From a bacterium (GTDB lineage Bacteria > Cyanobacteriota > Vampirovibrionia > Gastranaerophilales > UBA9971): 64,000 nt of DNA. Each line of letters starts with the position of its first letter. Position 1 is the stretch's first letter. The notes under the pieces were generated by a model. The model was given only the letters and a program-made list of their open reading frames with translations, did not search any database and had not been told where the DNA came from. The DNA is taken from positions 43,680-107,679 of the forward strand of contig JBAWVS010000001.1 in the NCBI GenBank assembly GCA_037147175.1, read 5' to 3'. Shown here one piece after another: positions 19,384-27,892 of this stretch. Position numbers and translations under genes: made by a program.

Positions 19384-19592
19384 ATAATATCCTCTTTTTT
19401 TGGACTTTATTTTTCAACACTAACCATTAATCGATTACATTATACCAAAAACAAAAATAATAAAATTGCATGTGAATTATCTTCATTGTATTGTCATTGC
19501 GTAGAATAAAACATACTGTCTTCGCGAACTTGTTTCTGTAGGACAAAGGAAAATTATAAATAAAAAAAGTATAAAAATATAAGGAAATAAAC

Positions 19593-20396
19593 ATGACAAA
19601 CAAAATCAAAGTAGCGGTAAGCGGTGCTTGCGGAAAAATGGGTCAGGCAGTCATAAAAGCAGTTAATGCAGAGGCTGATTTGGAGCTTGTTTCGGCTATA
19701 GATGTTATAAATACAGGAAAAGACATCGGTGAAATTGTCGAAAATAAAACCTGCGGGGTTTTAATAGAAAATTCCCTTGAGCATGCTTTAAAAACAAAAA
19801 AAATTGATGTTGTTGTTGACTTTACAAATCCTGATCTGGTGTTTGAAAACTCAAAACTGATTCTTGAAAACGGCGCAAGACCTGTAATTGGCACAACAGG
19901 ACTTACTGTAAGCCAGCTTGAAGAACTTAAAAAATTGTCTGAACAGAAAGAATTGGGGGCTTTAGTTGCACCAAATTTTGCAGTAGGTGCAGTTTTAATG
20001 ATGATGTTTTCTCAGAAAGCTTCAAAATATTTTTCTAACGCAGAAATTATCGAACTTCATCACAATAACAAAAAAGATGCTCCGTCAGGAACTGCAATAA
20101 AAACAGCCCAACTTATGACGCAGGAACGTGCTGAATTCGGAAAAGATAATTGCCCTGAAGTTGAAACCTACAAAGGTTCACGAGGAGGAGTTACAGAATC
20201 AAATATTCATATTCACAGTGTGAGGCTTCCCGGATTTATTGCACATCAGGAAGTTATTTTCGGCTCGGCAGGACAGGCTTTTACACTCAGACATGATTCT
20301 TTTGACAGAATTAGTTTCATGCCGGGCGTTGTGCTTGGTATCAGGCATGTTGTGAATAACAAAGATTTTGTTTACGGACTTGAAAATATTCTTTAG
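19593..20396 (+). CDS. dapB: 4-hydroxy-tetrahydrodipicolinate reductase
   Basis: GACGKMG NAD motif; ELHHNNKKDAPSGTA signature. Confidence 0.95.
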   Translation: MTNKIKVAVSGACGKMGQAVIKAVNAEADLELVSAIDVINTGKDIGEIVENKTCGVLIENSLEHALKTKKIDVVVDFTNPDLVFENSKLILENGARPVIGTTGLTVSQLEELKKLSEQKELGALVAPNFAVGAVLMMMFSQKASKYFSNAEIIELHHNNKKDAPSGTAIKTAQLMTQERAEFGKDNCPEVETYKGSRGGVTESNIHIHSVRLPGFIAHQEVIFGSAGQAFTLRHDSFDRISFMPGVVLGIRHVVNNKDFVYGLENIL

Positions 20397-20403
20397 ACAA
20401 AAT

Positions 20404-20976
20404 TTATTTGATTGATTCTTTTTGTTTTTCTTGAGGTGCCTTTACTGAAACGCTTTTGGTGAAATAATTGACAACAGCCATTAATCCTCCGCCAATTACA
20501 GCTCCTCCAACTATTCTTGAAACATGCTTGAGAAGTGTGGCTTTTTTTAAAAATTGATGTCCTGTTGATAATAATGCCCCGGTAATGATTCCAATACCAA
20601 TACCAATACGGTTGTGACGGTTGTTTGCGAGTTTTCTTTGTTTCAAAGCTTCTTCTTTAGTTTGTTCTGGAATCACAGGCGGCAGTTCAGCCTCTACATT
20701 ATCTTCTTTGGGACTTTCTTGAATAACTGTCTGCGGTTCTAAGTTAACAATATCTTCTTTAGGAGGTTCTGGAACAACCGGCGGTTCTTCTGCCTTTACT
20801 TCTTCTTTGGGGGATTCAGGAATAACTTGTGATTGCTTTGACTTTACAAAAGCATCTTTTATTTGTTCTTCAAAATCTTTTGGTTGCGATGCTTCAGTGT
20901 TTTCTTTTTCTGCCGCAAATCCTACCCTGTTTAAATTTGCTGCTCTATTCTGCAAAAATTGTATTGATGAAACCAT
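20404..20976 (-). CDS. Hypothetical membrane-anchored protein with Pro/Glu-rich SPKE[ED] repeats
   Basis: 190 aa. Repeats PESPKEEVKAEEPPVVPEPPKED...QESPKEDNVEAELPPVIPE. Two C-terminal Gly-rich TM segments (IGIGIGIITGALL, GGAVIGGGLMAVV). Confidence 0.6.
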   Translation of the reverse strand: MVSSIQFLQNRAANLNRVGFAAEKENTEASQPKDFEEQIKDAFVKSKQSQVIPESPKEEVKAEEPPVVPEPPKEDIVNLEPQTVIQESPKEDNVEAELPPVIPEQTKEEALKQRKLANNRHNRIGIGIGIITGALLSTGHQFLKKATLLKHVSRIVGGAVIGGGLMAVVNYFTKSVSVKAPQEKQKESIK

Positions 20977-21037
20977 AAATTCTTTCCCCTTTTTGTCTTA
21001 TTAAAGTAAGTTAACATCTAAAAGTTTAAAAACAAAA

Positions 21038-21092
21038 CCTGAAAAATAATTGACGCTTTTATCCACATGCTTTTACAAAACTTTACAAAAAA
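21038..21092. promoter_or_regulatory. Conserved intergenic motif, copy 1: CCTnAAAAATAA..TTGA-n3-TTTTATCCA-n3-G-n-TTTTACAAA-n-CTTTACAAAAA
   Basis: About 80% identical by eye to 27800..27855. Contains tandem TTTACAAA about one helical turn apart. Lies in the divergent region between the 190-aa gene and asd. Confidence 0.5.
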
Positions 21093-21158
21093 TTTCTCTG
21101 AACTTGTTGTTTATAATAAACTTAGTATCATGTAATAAAATTAGAGGCGCAAAGAAAA

Positions 21159-22178
21159 ATGACTGAAGTAAATATTGCAATATTGGGAGCAACGGGAGTT
21201 GTAGGAGGAGAAATCCTTAAAATTCTTGAAGAAAGAAGTTTTCCGTATACAGGAATAAAATTTCTTGCAAGTGCAAGAAGCGCAGGAAAAGAAATTGAAT
21301 TTAAAGGAAAAAAATATACTATAGAAGAAGCAAGACCGGAAGCTTTCGAAGGAATAGATATAGTGCTTGCTTCGGCAGGAGCTTCTACAAGCAAAGCTTT
21401 AGCGAATGAAATAGTTAAAAGAGGGGCTATACTTGTTGATAATTCAAGTGCTTTCAGGATGGACAAAGATGTTCCTCTTGTTATTGCAGGGGTTAACGAT
21501 GAAGATTTAAGGCTCAACAAAGGTATAGTAGCTAATCCAAACTGCTCTACTTCTCAATTAATGCTTGTATTAAAACCTCTTCACGATTATGCAAAAATCA
21601 AACGTCTTATAGTAAGCACCTATCAATCAGTCAGCGGCGGCGGTAAAGAAGCCATTGACGACCTTTATGAAGGTACAAAAGCGGCTATAAACGAAGAGCA
21701 ATATAACTATAAAAAATTCATAACAAAGCCAATCGCCTTTAATTTAATTCCGCAAATAGATGTTTTTTGCGAAAACGGCTACACAAAAGAAGAAATGAAA
21801 GTATCGGAAGAAACAAAAAAAATTCTTCACCTTGCTGATGATACCCCTATTTCTTGTACAGCCGTTAGAGTACCGGTATTTATAAGCCATAGTGAAGCTG
21901 TAAGTGTTGAATTTGAAACAGAAATCACTCCTGAAAAAGCAACAGAACTTCTATCAAATGCTTATGGTGTTACAGTTATAGATAATCCTGCAAGATCAGA
22001 GTATCCTACCCCTCTGGAAGCCGCAGGGAAAGACCCGGTTTATGTAGGAAGAATAAGAAAAGAACTTGCTCTTGATAACGGGCTTGCTTTATGGGTTGTT
22101 GCCGATAATTTGAGAATCGGTGCAGCTCTAAACACAGTAAGACTTGCTGAAAAACTTGTAGAAATGAATTTACTTTAG
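21159..22178 (+). CDS. asd: Aspartate-semialdehyde dehydrogenase
   Basis: GATGVVGGE NAD motif, active-site NPNCSTS, 339 aa. Confidence 0.95.
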   Translation: MTEVNIAILGATGVVGGEILKILEERSFPYTGIKFLASARSAGKEIEFKGKKYTIEEARPEAFEGIDIVLASAGASTSKALANEIVKRGAILVDNSSAFRMDKDVPLVIAGVNDEDLRLNKGIVANPNCSTSQLMLVLKPLHDYAKIKRLIVSTYQSVSGGGKEAIDDLYEGTKAAINEEQYNYKKFITKPIAFNLIPQIDVFCENGYTKEEMKVSEETKKILHLADDTPISCTAVRVPVFISHSEAVSVEFETEITPEKATELLSNAYGVTVIDNPARSEYPTPLEAAGKDPVYVGRIRKELALDNGLALWVVADNLRIGAALNTVRLAEKLVEMNLL

Positions 22179-22183
22179 GCAAC

Positions 22184-22228
22184 TATAGATTGCCACTTCA
22201 GAGCTAAAACTCTTCCTCGCAATGACAA
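22184..22228. repeat. Half copy (right arm) of the GTCATTGCGAG/CTCGCAATGAC palindromic repeat family
   Basis: ATAGATTGCC...CTCTTCCTCGCAATGACAA matches the right arms at 62990-63040 and 63920-63962. Confidence 0.55.
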
Positions 22229-22255
22229 TAAAATGATAAAAAAGGAGAAATTAGT

Positions 22256-23140
22256 ATGCGCATAAACGTAGGTGAAGTAGTTACCGCAATGGTGACCCCG
22301 TTTAATGAAAATTTTGAAGTAGATTATAATACAGTTGAAAAACTGGCAGATTATCTTATAAATAATGGTTCTGATGCTATTCTTGTGGCAGGAACAACAG
22401 GAGAATCACCAACTTTAACCCATGAAGAAGAACTCGAAATTTTAAAAGTCGTAAAAAATGTTGTAGGAAACAAAGCCAAAGTTGTAATGGGTGCAGGTTC
22501 AAACAGCACAAAAACAGCTGTTGAAACTTCTACAAAGGTTGAAAAAGCAGGAGCTGACGCAATTTTATCGGTTGTTCCTTATTACAATAAACCTTCTCAA
22601 GCAGGTTTGTTAGAGCATTTCGGGCAAATTGCAAAAGCGACAAGCCTTCCGATAATTTTGTATAATATCCCCGGAAGAACAGGCATAAACATGGAGCCTG
22701 AAACAATTTCGAAACTTGCGCAAAACCATAAAAATATTGCGGCAGTGAAACAGAGCAATCCTAATATTGATCTGGTTACCGAAATCAGAATACAAACGCC
22801 TGATGATTTTGTTATTTATAGCGGGGATGACAGTTTAACTCTTCCGATGTTAGCAATTGGAGCTTACGGAGTGATTAGTGTTGCTTCTCATATCATTGGA
22901 AAAGATATTAAGCAAATAATTACCGAATTTAAATCAGGAAATATTGCAAAAGCAAAAGAAATTCATTTAAAATCATATCCAATGTTCAAAGCAATATTCA
23001 CTTCCCCCAATCCTATTCCTGTAAAAGCCGTGTTAGCAAAACAAGGACTTCTTGAAGAAACTGTAAGATCACCTCTTGTTAAACTTACAGCTTCTGAAAA
23101 GGAAAAACTTTATAATTCAATTGCTGCTTATAGCATTTAA
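22256..23140 (+). CDS. dapA: 4-hydroxy-tetrahydrodipicolinate synthase
   Basis: 294 aa. GTTGESPTL and YNIPGRTG motifs. Confidence 0.95.
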   Translation: MRINVGEVVTAMVTPFNENFEVDYNTVEKLADYLINNGSDAILVAGTTGESPTLTHEEELEILKVVKNVVGNKAKVVMGAGSNSTKTAVETSTKVEKAGADAILSVVPYYNKPSQAGLLEHFGQIAKATSLPIILYNIPGRTGINMEPETISKLAQNHKNIAAVKQSNPNIDLVTEIRIQTPDDFVIYSGDDSLTLPMLAIGAYGVISVASHIIGKDIKQIITEFKSGNIAKAKEIHLKSYPMFKAIFTSPNPIPVKAVLAKQGLLEETVRSPLVKLTASEKEKLYNSIAAYSI

Positions 23141-23159
23141 TCAAATAAATAATATTCTT

Positions 23160-23189
23160 AAAAAGCCGACATTTATTGTCGGCTTTTTG
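23160..23189 (+). terminator. Rho-independent terminator after dapA
   Basis: GCCGACA-tttat-TGTCGGC followed by TTTTT. The A-run on the other side means it could act in both directions. Confidence 0.8.
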
Positions 23190-23257
23190 TCTTAGCAGAG
23201 AAAGCGTTGCAGCGTCTAATAAAATACTTGGTGATTTATCAAGTAAATAATTTTGAT

Positions 23258-23297
23258 AAAAATAAAGAAACAGGGCGGTAACACCGCCCTGTTTCTT
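23258..23297 (-). terminator. Rho-independent terminator after glnA
   Basis: 14-bp stem AAGAAACAGGGCGG-taaca-CCGCCCTGTTTCTT, followed on the minus strand by TATTTTTAT. Confidence 0.8.
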
Positions 23298-23313
23298 GTT
23301 ATAGAACTAATTT

Positions 23314-24675
23314 CTAGTATTTTTCTAAATAAGCATCGATTTCCCATGGGCTTACAGCAGTTCTGTAAGAATCCCATTCTCTTCTCTTGGCTGAAATAAA
23401 TTCATTAAAAATGTGTTCTCCAAGAGCTTCTTTAGCAACTGTGCTTTTTTCAACCAAATCAAGAGCTTCTTCTAAACTGCCGGGTAAAGAATCTATTCTT
23501 AATTTTTTTCTTTCTTTTTCGGTCAAGTGGTAGATGTTTGTTTCAGCAGGAGCCGGCGGATCAATTTTGTTTTGAATACCGTCTAAAGCGGCAGTTAAAA
23601 TCGCAGCAAATGCCATATATGGGTTGCAGCTTGGATCCGGTGATCTTAACTCAACTCTTGTAGCAGGACCGCGTTTTGCAGGGACTCTTAATAAAGCGCT
23701 TCTATTAGCAGCTGACCATGCAAGATAAACAGGTGCTTCGTACCCTGGAACTAAACGTTTGTAACTATTAACCGTAGGGTTAGTAATAGCAGCAATACCT
23801 CTAATGTTTCTAAGAACTCCACCAATTGCCCAGAGAGCTTCCTGGCTAAGTTGATATGGTTTTGACTCATCAAGGAACGCATTTTTGCCGTCTTTATTAA
23901 GAGAGAAGTTGCAATGCATACCTGAACCGTTAACACCAAAGATTGGTTTTGGCATGAATGTTGCATGTAAGCCGTATTTAGCCGCGATTGATTTGACAGC
24001 AACTTTGAAAGTTACAACATTATCAGCAGTTGTTAAAGCATCACCATATTTAAAATCAATTTCGTGCTGACCTTCAGCAACTTCGTGGTGGCTTGCTTCA
24101 ATATCAAAGCCCATTTTTTGAAGGGTGGTAACCATCTCAGCTCTAAGATCTTCTCCGAGATCATCAGGACCGACATCATAATAACCTGCAGCATCATGAG
24201 CTACAGCAGTAGGTCTTCCATTTTCATCTTTTTTGAAAAGGAAAAATTCGCATTCAGGTCCAAAATTAATTGTATAACCAAGTTTTCTTGCTTCTTCAAG
24301 AACTTTTTTCAGGTTTGTTCTTGGACAGCCTTCAAAAGGTGTTCCATCAGGATTATAAATATCACAAATCAATCTTGCAACATTTGAAGCCTCTTTGCCT
24401 CTCCAAGGAAGAATACAGAAGGTTTTTCTGTCCGGATAGAAATACATATCTGATGTTTCAATGCTTCTGAAACCTTTAATTGAAGATCCGTCAAGCATAA
24501 TTTCGTTATTGAGAATCTTATCAATCTGTTCTGCGGGAACAGCCATGTTTTTAACCTGACCGTTAATATCAACAAACTGTAGTCTGATAAACTTAACGTT
24601 GTTTTCTGTTATCAATGATTTGATTTCTTCTTTTGATAACTCTTGTCCTCTTGGTATAAATGCTGAATTCACCAT
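23314..24675 (-). CDS. glnA: Glutamine synthetase, type I
   Basis: 453 aa. NGSGMHCNFSL and the ATP-binding region KPIFGVNGSGMH. SD AAGGAGG upstream. Confidence 0.95.
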   Translation of the reverse strand: MVNSAFIPRGQELSKEEIKSLITENNVKFIRLQFVDINGQVKNMAVPAEQIDKILNNEIMLDGSSIKGFRSIETSDMYFYPDRKTFCILPWRGKEASNVARLICDIYNPDGTPFEGCPRTNLKKVLEEARKLGYTINFGPECEFFLFKKDENGRPTAVAHDAAGYYDVGPDDLGEDLRAEMVTTLQKMGFDIEASHHEVAEGQHEIDFKYGDALTTADNVVTFKVAVKSIAAKYGLHATFMPKPIFGVNGSGMHCNFSLNKDGKNAFLDESKPYQLSQEALWAIGGVLRNIRGIAAITNPTVNSYKRLVPGYEAPVYLAWSAANRSALLRVPAKRGPATRVELRSPDPSCNPYMAFAAILTAALDGIQNKIDPPAPAETNIYHLTEKERKKLRIDSLPGSLEEALDLVEKSTVAKEALGEHIFNEFISAKRREWDSYRTAVSPWEIDAYLEKY

Positions 24676-25015
24676 ATTTGCCTCCTTAACATGTTTTAAT
24701 CTAAGCTTTTGAGCTTATATTACTATTTAAACAAAAATATTTCAAATTATTTAATCTGTTTTAATAAATACATACATACCATATATGTTTATATAACATT
24801 AATTACTGGTCAAGTACTGATATAATTTGGTAATATCGGAAATTAATCAATATTTTAGTTTTTTTCTAAAAATACATTAAAAACCATGTTTTTTTGAGTC
24901 AAAAAACAAATTTGCCTTTAATAAATCTGTTTTTTGACTTTTTTAAACTATTAATTTGGTTTTTAGAAGTTTAAAATTAATTTAAAAAACCTTAACATTT
25001 CTTTTTAAACCTTTT

Positions 25016-25777
25016 TTAACAGTCTTTCCAAACAGGAACTCGCTTTTCAATGAAGCTGTTTGTTCCTTCGGCGTAGTCATGAAGTTTTAGCAGTTCCTCG
25101 AGGAAGACTTTTTCTGCAAATTCGATTTTTTCCTTTAAACCGGCATAATTGATTTTTTTATAAGTATTAAGGGTTGTTCTTATTACGCTTGAGCTGTTTT
25201 GGATTATGGAATTTATAAATTCATCAGTTTTTTTGTCGAATTCTTCTTCTGAAAAAACATGATTAACAAGTCCTGCGGCTAGAGCGTCTTTAGATAACAG
25301 TTTTTCTCCCGTTAAAATAAGCTCCAGTGCTTTTTTGTTCCCTGTTAAATAAGTCAAATGAGTTATTGATAAAGGAGGAAAGCAGGCAAGTTTAATTTCA
25401 GGCTGAGCAAAAAAAGCATTTTCTGAAGCGAGAACAAAGTCGCAAAATAAAGCAAATTCGCTTCCTCCTCCAAAACAACCTGATTTTACAAGTGCCAGCG
25501 TTGGTATTTCCAAATCTATCATGGTAAAAATCAACTTATGAAAGGCTTTAATTAATTCGGGAGCTTTTTCAGGCAAATGATCCGCTATATCGACTCCTGC
25601 TGAAAATATTTGTTGGTCGGACTCAAAAATAATCATTCGTAATGTTTTCTGATTTTTCAATTCTTGTAAGGTTTTATCAAGAAAAATCAGGTCTTCAATG
25701 CTGAAAATATTTAACGGAGGCTTTGAAAAAGTTATTTTTGCCCAAGAATCAGTTATTTTTATATTAATATTGTTCAT
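25016..25777 (-). CDS. Enoyl-CoA hydratase/isomerase (crotonase) family protein
   Basis: 253 aa. FSAGVDI oxyanion-hole region, GGGSEFALFCD, C-terminal EGTNSFIEKRVPVWK. Confidence 0.8.
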   Translation of the reverse strand: MNNINIKITDSWAKITFSKPPLNIFSIEDLIFLDKTLQELKNQKTLRMIIFESDQQIFSAGVDIADHLPEKAPELIKAFHKLIFTMIDLEIPTLALVKSGCFGGGSEFALFCDFVLASENAFFAQPEIKLACFPPLSITHLTYLTGNKKALELILTGEKLLSKDALAAGLVNHVFSEEEFDKKTDEFINSIIQNSSSVIRTTLNTYKKINYAGLKEKIEFAEKVFLEELLKLHDYAEGTNSFIEKRVPVWKDC

Positions 25778-25787
25778 TTCTTAAATT

Positions 25788-26219
25788 CTAGTCTTTTTTT
25801 ACCTGCTTGGAATTCATTTTTTTTTCAAGAATAAATTCGGCAAGAATTTTGTCTTCACCAAGAACGTGCTTTCTTATCCAATCTATGAGCTGTACGTTAA
25901 AATCAAGATTGAAATCGGATGAAAAGCCTTCTTTTTTAAACAATTTTTCGAGTTTCAAATAATCTTCCGCAAAAGCTGCATGGTCATTCAAATGCTGTTC
26001 ATAATGAGGATAATTAAGCTTAAGCATGCAATTTTCTTCTGTTGCGAAGTGTTCATTTATGTAATGTTTAATATACTCAAATGTTTCTAGAAGTTTCTCA
26101 GTATCTATCCCTTTTAAATAAGACTCATGAAGTGTTTTTATTCTGGAGATAAGTTCCATGTGCTGAGTATCTATTTCTTCGACTTCCGTAAGAAGTTCTT
26201 CAGGAAAATCATTAAGCAT
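25788..26219 (-). CDS. Hemerythrin-like metal-binding protein (bacteriohemerythrin)
   Basis: IDTQHMELI, HFATEE and HxxxF His/Glu ligand pattern; 143 aa. Confidence 0.8.
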   Translation of the reverse strand: MLNDFPEELLTEVEEIDTQHMELISRIKTLHESYLKGIDTEKLLETFEYIKHYINEHFATEENCMLKLNYPHYEQHLNDHAAFAEDYLKLEKLFKKEGFSSDFNLDFNVQLIDWIRKHVLGEDKILAEFILEKKMNSKQVKKD

Positions 26220-26287
26220 AAAAAATCCTTTTCATATATATTTAGTTATGATAACGCAGAGTCTTTTTATAAAAAACCTTTTAATAC

Positions 26288-27244
26288 TTAATGTAAAGAA
26301 GATCCGCACTTGCCGCAGAAATGAAATTCTTCAGGCAAGTATTTAGTTTTACAGGTTTTGCACTCTTTTAAATTTGCACCCCAGAGTGTTTCAGAGGATT
26401 GGTTATTTTTAGCTTTTTCTCTTATTTTTAAGTAATCAGGATTTCTTTTTTCAACAAAGCCTTGCATTCCTTCATGAACTTCAAGAGATGAAAAATGAAG
26501 GCTTAGCCAATCTTTTGCATGTCCTATAGTACTATGCCATGCGAAATCTTTCCAAAAATTAAGCTGCTGTTTAGTATATCTGGTGCATTCAGGGAATTTA
26601 TTTATAAGTTTTTGGGTTAGTTCATTAATTTTTGAATCAAGTTCTTCATAAGGCACAACATAGTTTACAAGTCCCCACTCAAGGGCTTTTTGTGCATTTA
26701 TAGATTCATTTAATAAAAGAATTTCTCTTGCCCGTCTGTCTCCGACAATAATAGGCAAAAATTGAGTTGCTCCTCCTGCTGCGACGCTTCCTATGCTTGT
26801 TCCTACATGTTTTATAGTAACGTGTTCAGCGGCTACCGCCAAATCGCAAGACATGTTAATTTCGTTTCCCCCACCGACAACCATCCCGTTGAGTCTTGCT
26901 ATTGTGGGTTTTCCGCAATTTCTCAATAAGTCATGAAATTGGTTAAAAACGCCCATCCATTTGTAAAAATCACGCGGTCGGTTTATAAATTCAGAAGCGT
27001 ATTCTTTTACGTCACCGCCTGTGCAAAAAGCTTTTTCTCCTGCTCCTGTTATTATAATTACTGCAATCCCGTCATCCCATGAGGCATCCTGAAGGGCGGT
27101 AATCATTTCTTGAAGGGTAATTATGCTGTAGGCATTGTAAACTTCGGGTCTATTTATTGTGATAGTGCCAACCCAGTCGGATTTTTTATATAGAATTTCT
27201 GAAAAATTAAATTCTTCAGGAATTTTAGGTGTAAATTGTTTCAT
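26288..27244 (-). CDS. Crotonase-superfamily protein (MenB/BadI-like) with C-terminal zinc-ribbon
   Basis: RPEVYNAY, AFCTGGDVKEY, GMVVGGGNEINMSCD. The tail CKTCKTKYLPEEFHFCGKCG carries two CxxC pairs. Confidence 0.75.
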   Translation of the reverse strand: MKQFTPKIPEEFNFSEILYKKSDWVGTITINRPEVYNAYSIITLQEMITALQDASWDDGIAVIIITGAGEKAFCTGGDVKEYASEFINRPRDFYKWMGVFNQFHDLLRNCGKPTIARLNGMVVGGGNEINMSCDLAVAAEHVTIKHVGTSIGSVAAGGATQFLPIIVGDRRAREILLLNESINAQKALEWGLVNYVVPYEELDSKINELTQKLINKFPECTRYTKQQLNFWKDFAWHSTIGHAKDWLSLHFSSLEVHEGMQGFVEKRNPDYLKIREKAKNNQSSETLWGANLKECKTCKTKYLPEEFHFCGKCGSSLH

Positions 27245-27363
27245 ATTTTTCTCCGATTAGCCTTAGTATATCATACAAAACAGGATATTTTAGCCTACCG
27301 GAAAGAAAAGAGCTAAACCGCACTTGATGAGGATGATGCTTTTGCGATTTAACATTTAAATAT

Positions 27364-27738
27364 TTAAGAATTAACCTTCGTTGTTAATTTCGTATAGGTT
27401 TCTAAAATCCATTTTTTTGTCGCATCAGCGCTTTTAAATATAGGATTAGTTACTTTTTCACCGATTGAAGTAGAATCAAAAAGCTGCTGAATACCGCCAA
27501 GCGAGAGAGAAAAGTAAGAGGCAGGAGTTTCCTTTGGTCGATCGACCCCGGATCGATAAAAAACATCGGAATTTGCAGGAACAAAATTTAAATTTAAAGA
27601 ATCTTTAATTCCGTTGTTAGCCAGTTCGGTTTTTGCTGCATTTGCGCCTGCAATAAATTTTTCAAAGAGTTTGTTTTCTTTTTGAATATTAATCTTTAAT
27701 TTAGTCCCAAAAGCAATGTTTGATTGTTGAATTTTCAT
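27364..27738 (-). CDS. Hypothetical protein (124 aa)
   Basis: ORF with SD AAAGGAAG; no recognisable motif. Preceded by conserved motif copy 2. Confidence 0.5.
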   Translation of the reverse strand: MKIQQSNIAFGTKLKINIQKENKLFEKFIAGANAAKTELANNGIKDSLNLNFVPANSDVFYRSGVDRPKETPASYFSLSLGGIQQLFDSTSIGEKVTNPIFKSADATKKWILETYTKLTTKVNS

Positions 27739-27799
27739 TTTTAGTTACTTCCTTTTGTTACTTAATTAATTAAATTTTGTATCTGCTAATTATAATAAT

Positions 27800-27855
27800 C
27801 CTAAAAATAAAAGTTGATAGTTTTATCCATTCGTTTTTACAAATCTTTACAAAAA
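27800..27855. promoter_or_regulatory. Conserved intergenic motif, copy 2
   Basis: CCTAAAAATAAAAGTTGATAGTTTTATCCATTCGTTTTTACAAATCTTTACAAAAAG. Lies between the sbcC stop and the 124-aa gene start. Confidence 0.5.
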
Positions 27856-27892
27856 GTTTTTGTAAGAAAGAGAGAAAGGCATTAAAATTTGC

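Noticed and set aside
21143-21150. AGAGGCGC upstream of asd, identical to the conserved 5' core of lysine (L-box) riboswitches
   Set aside because: It sits only 8 nt before the asd start codon and serves as the SD. There is no room for the ~170-nt L-box, and no other L-box blocks were seen upstream of asd, dapA or dapB.
24785-24799. Palindrome ATGTT-TATAT-AACAT in the glnA upstream region as an NtcA, GlnR or TnrA site
   Set aside because: The TGT-N7-ACA spacing fits neither NtcA (GTA-N8-TAC) nor TnrA/GlnR (TGTNA-N7-TNACA). A short AT-rich palindrome is expected by chance here.
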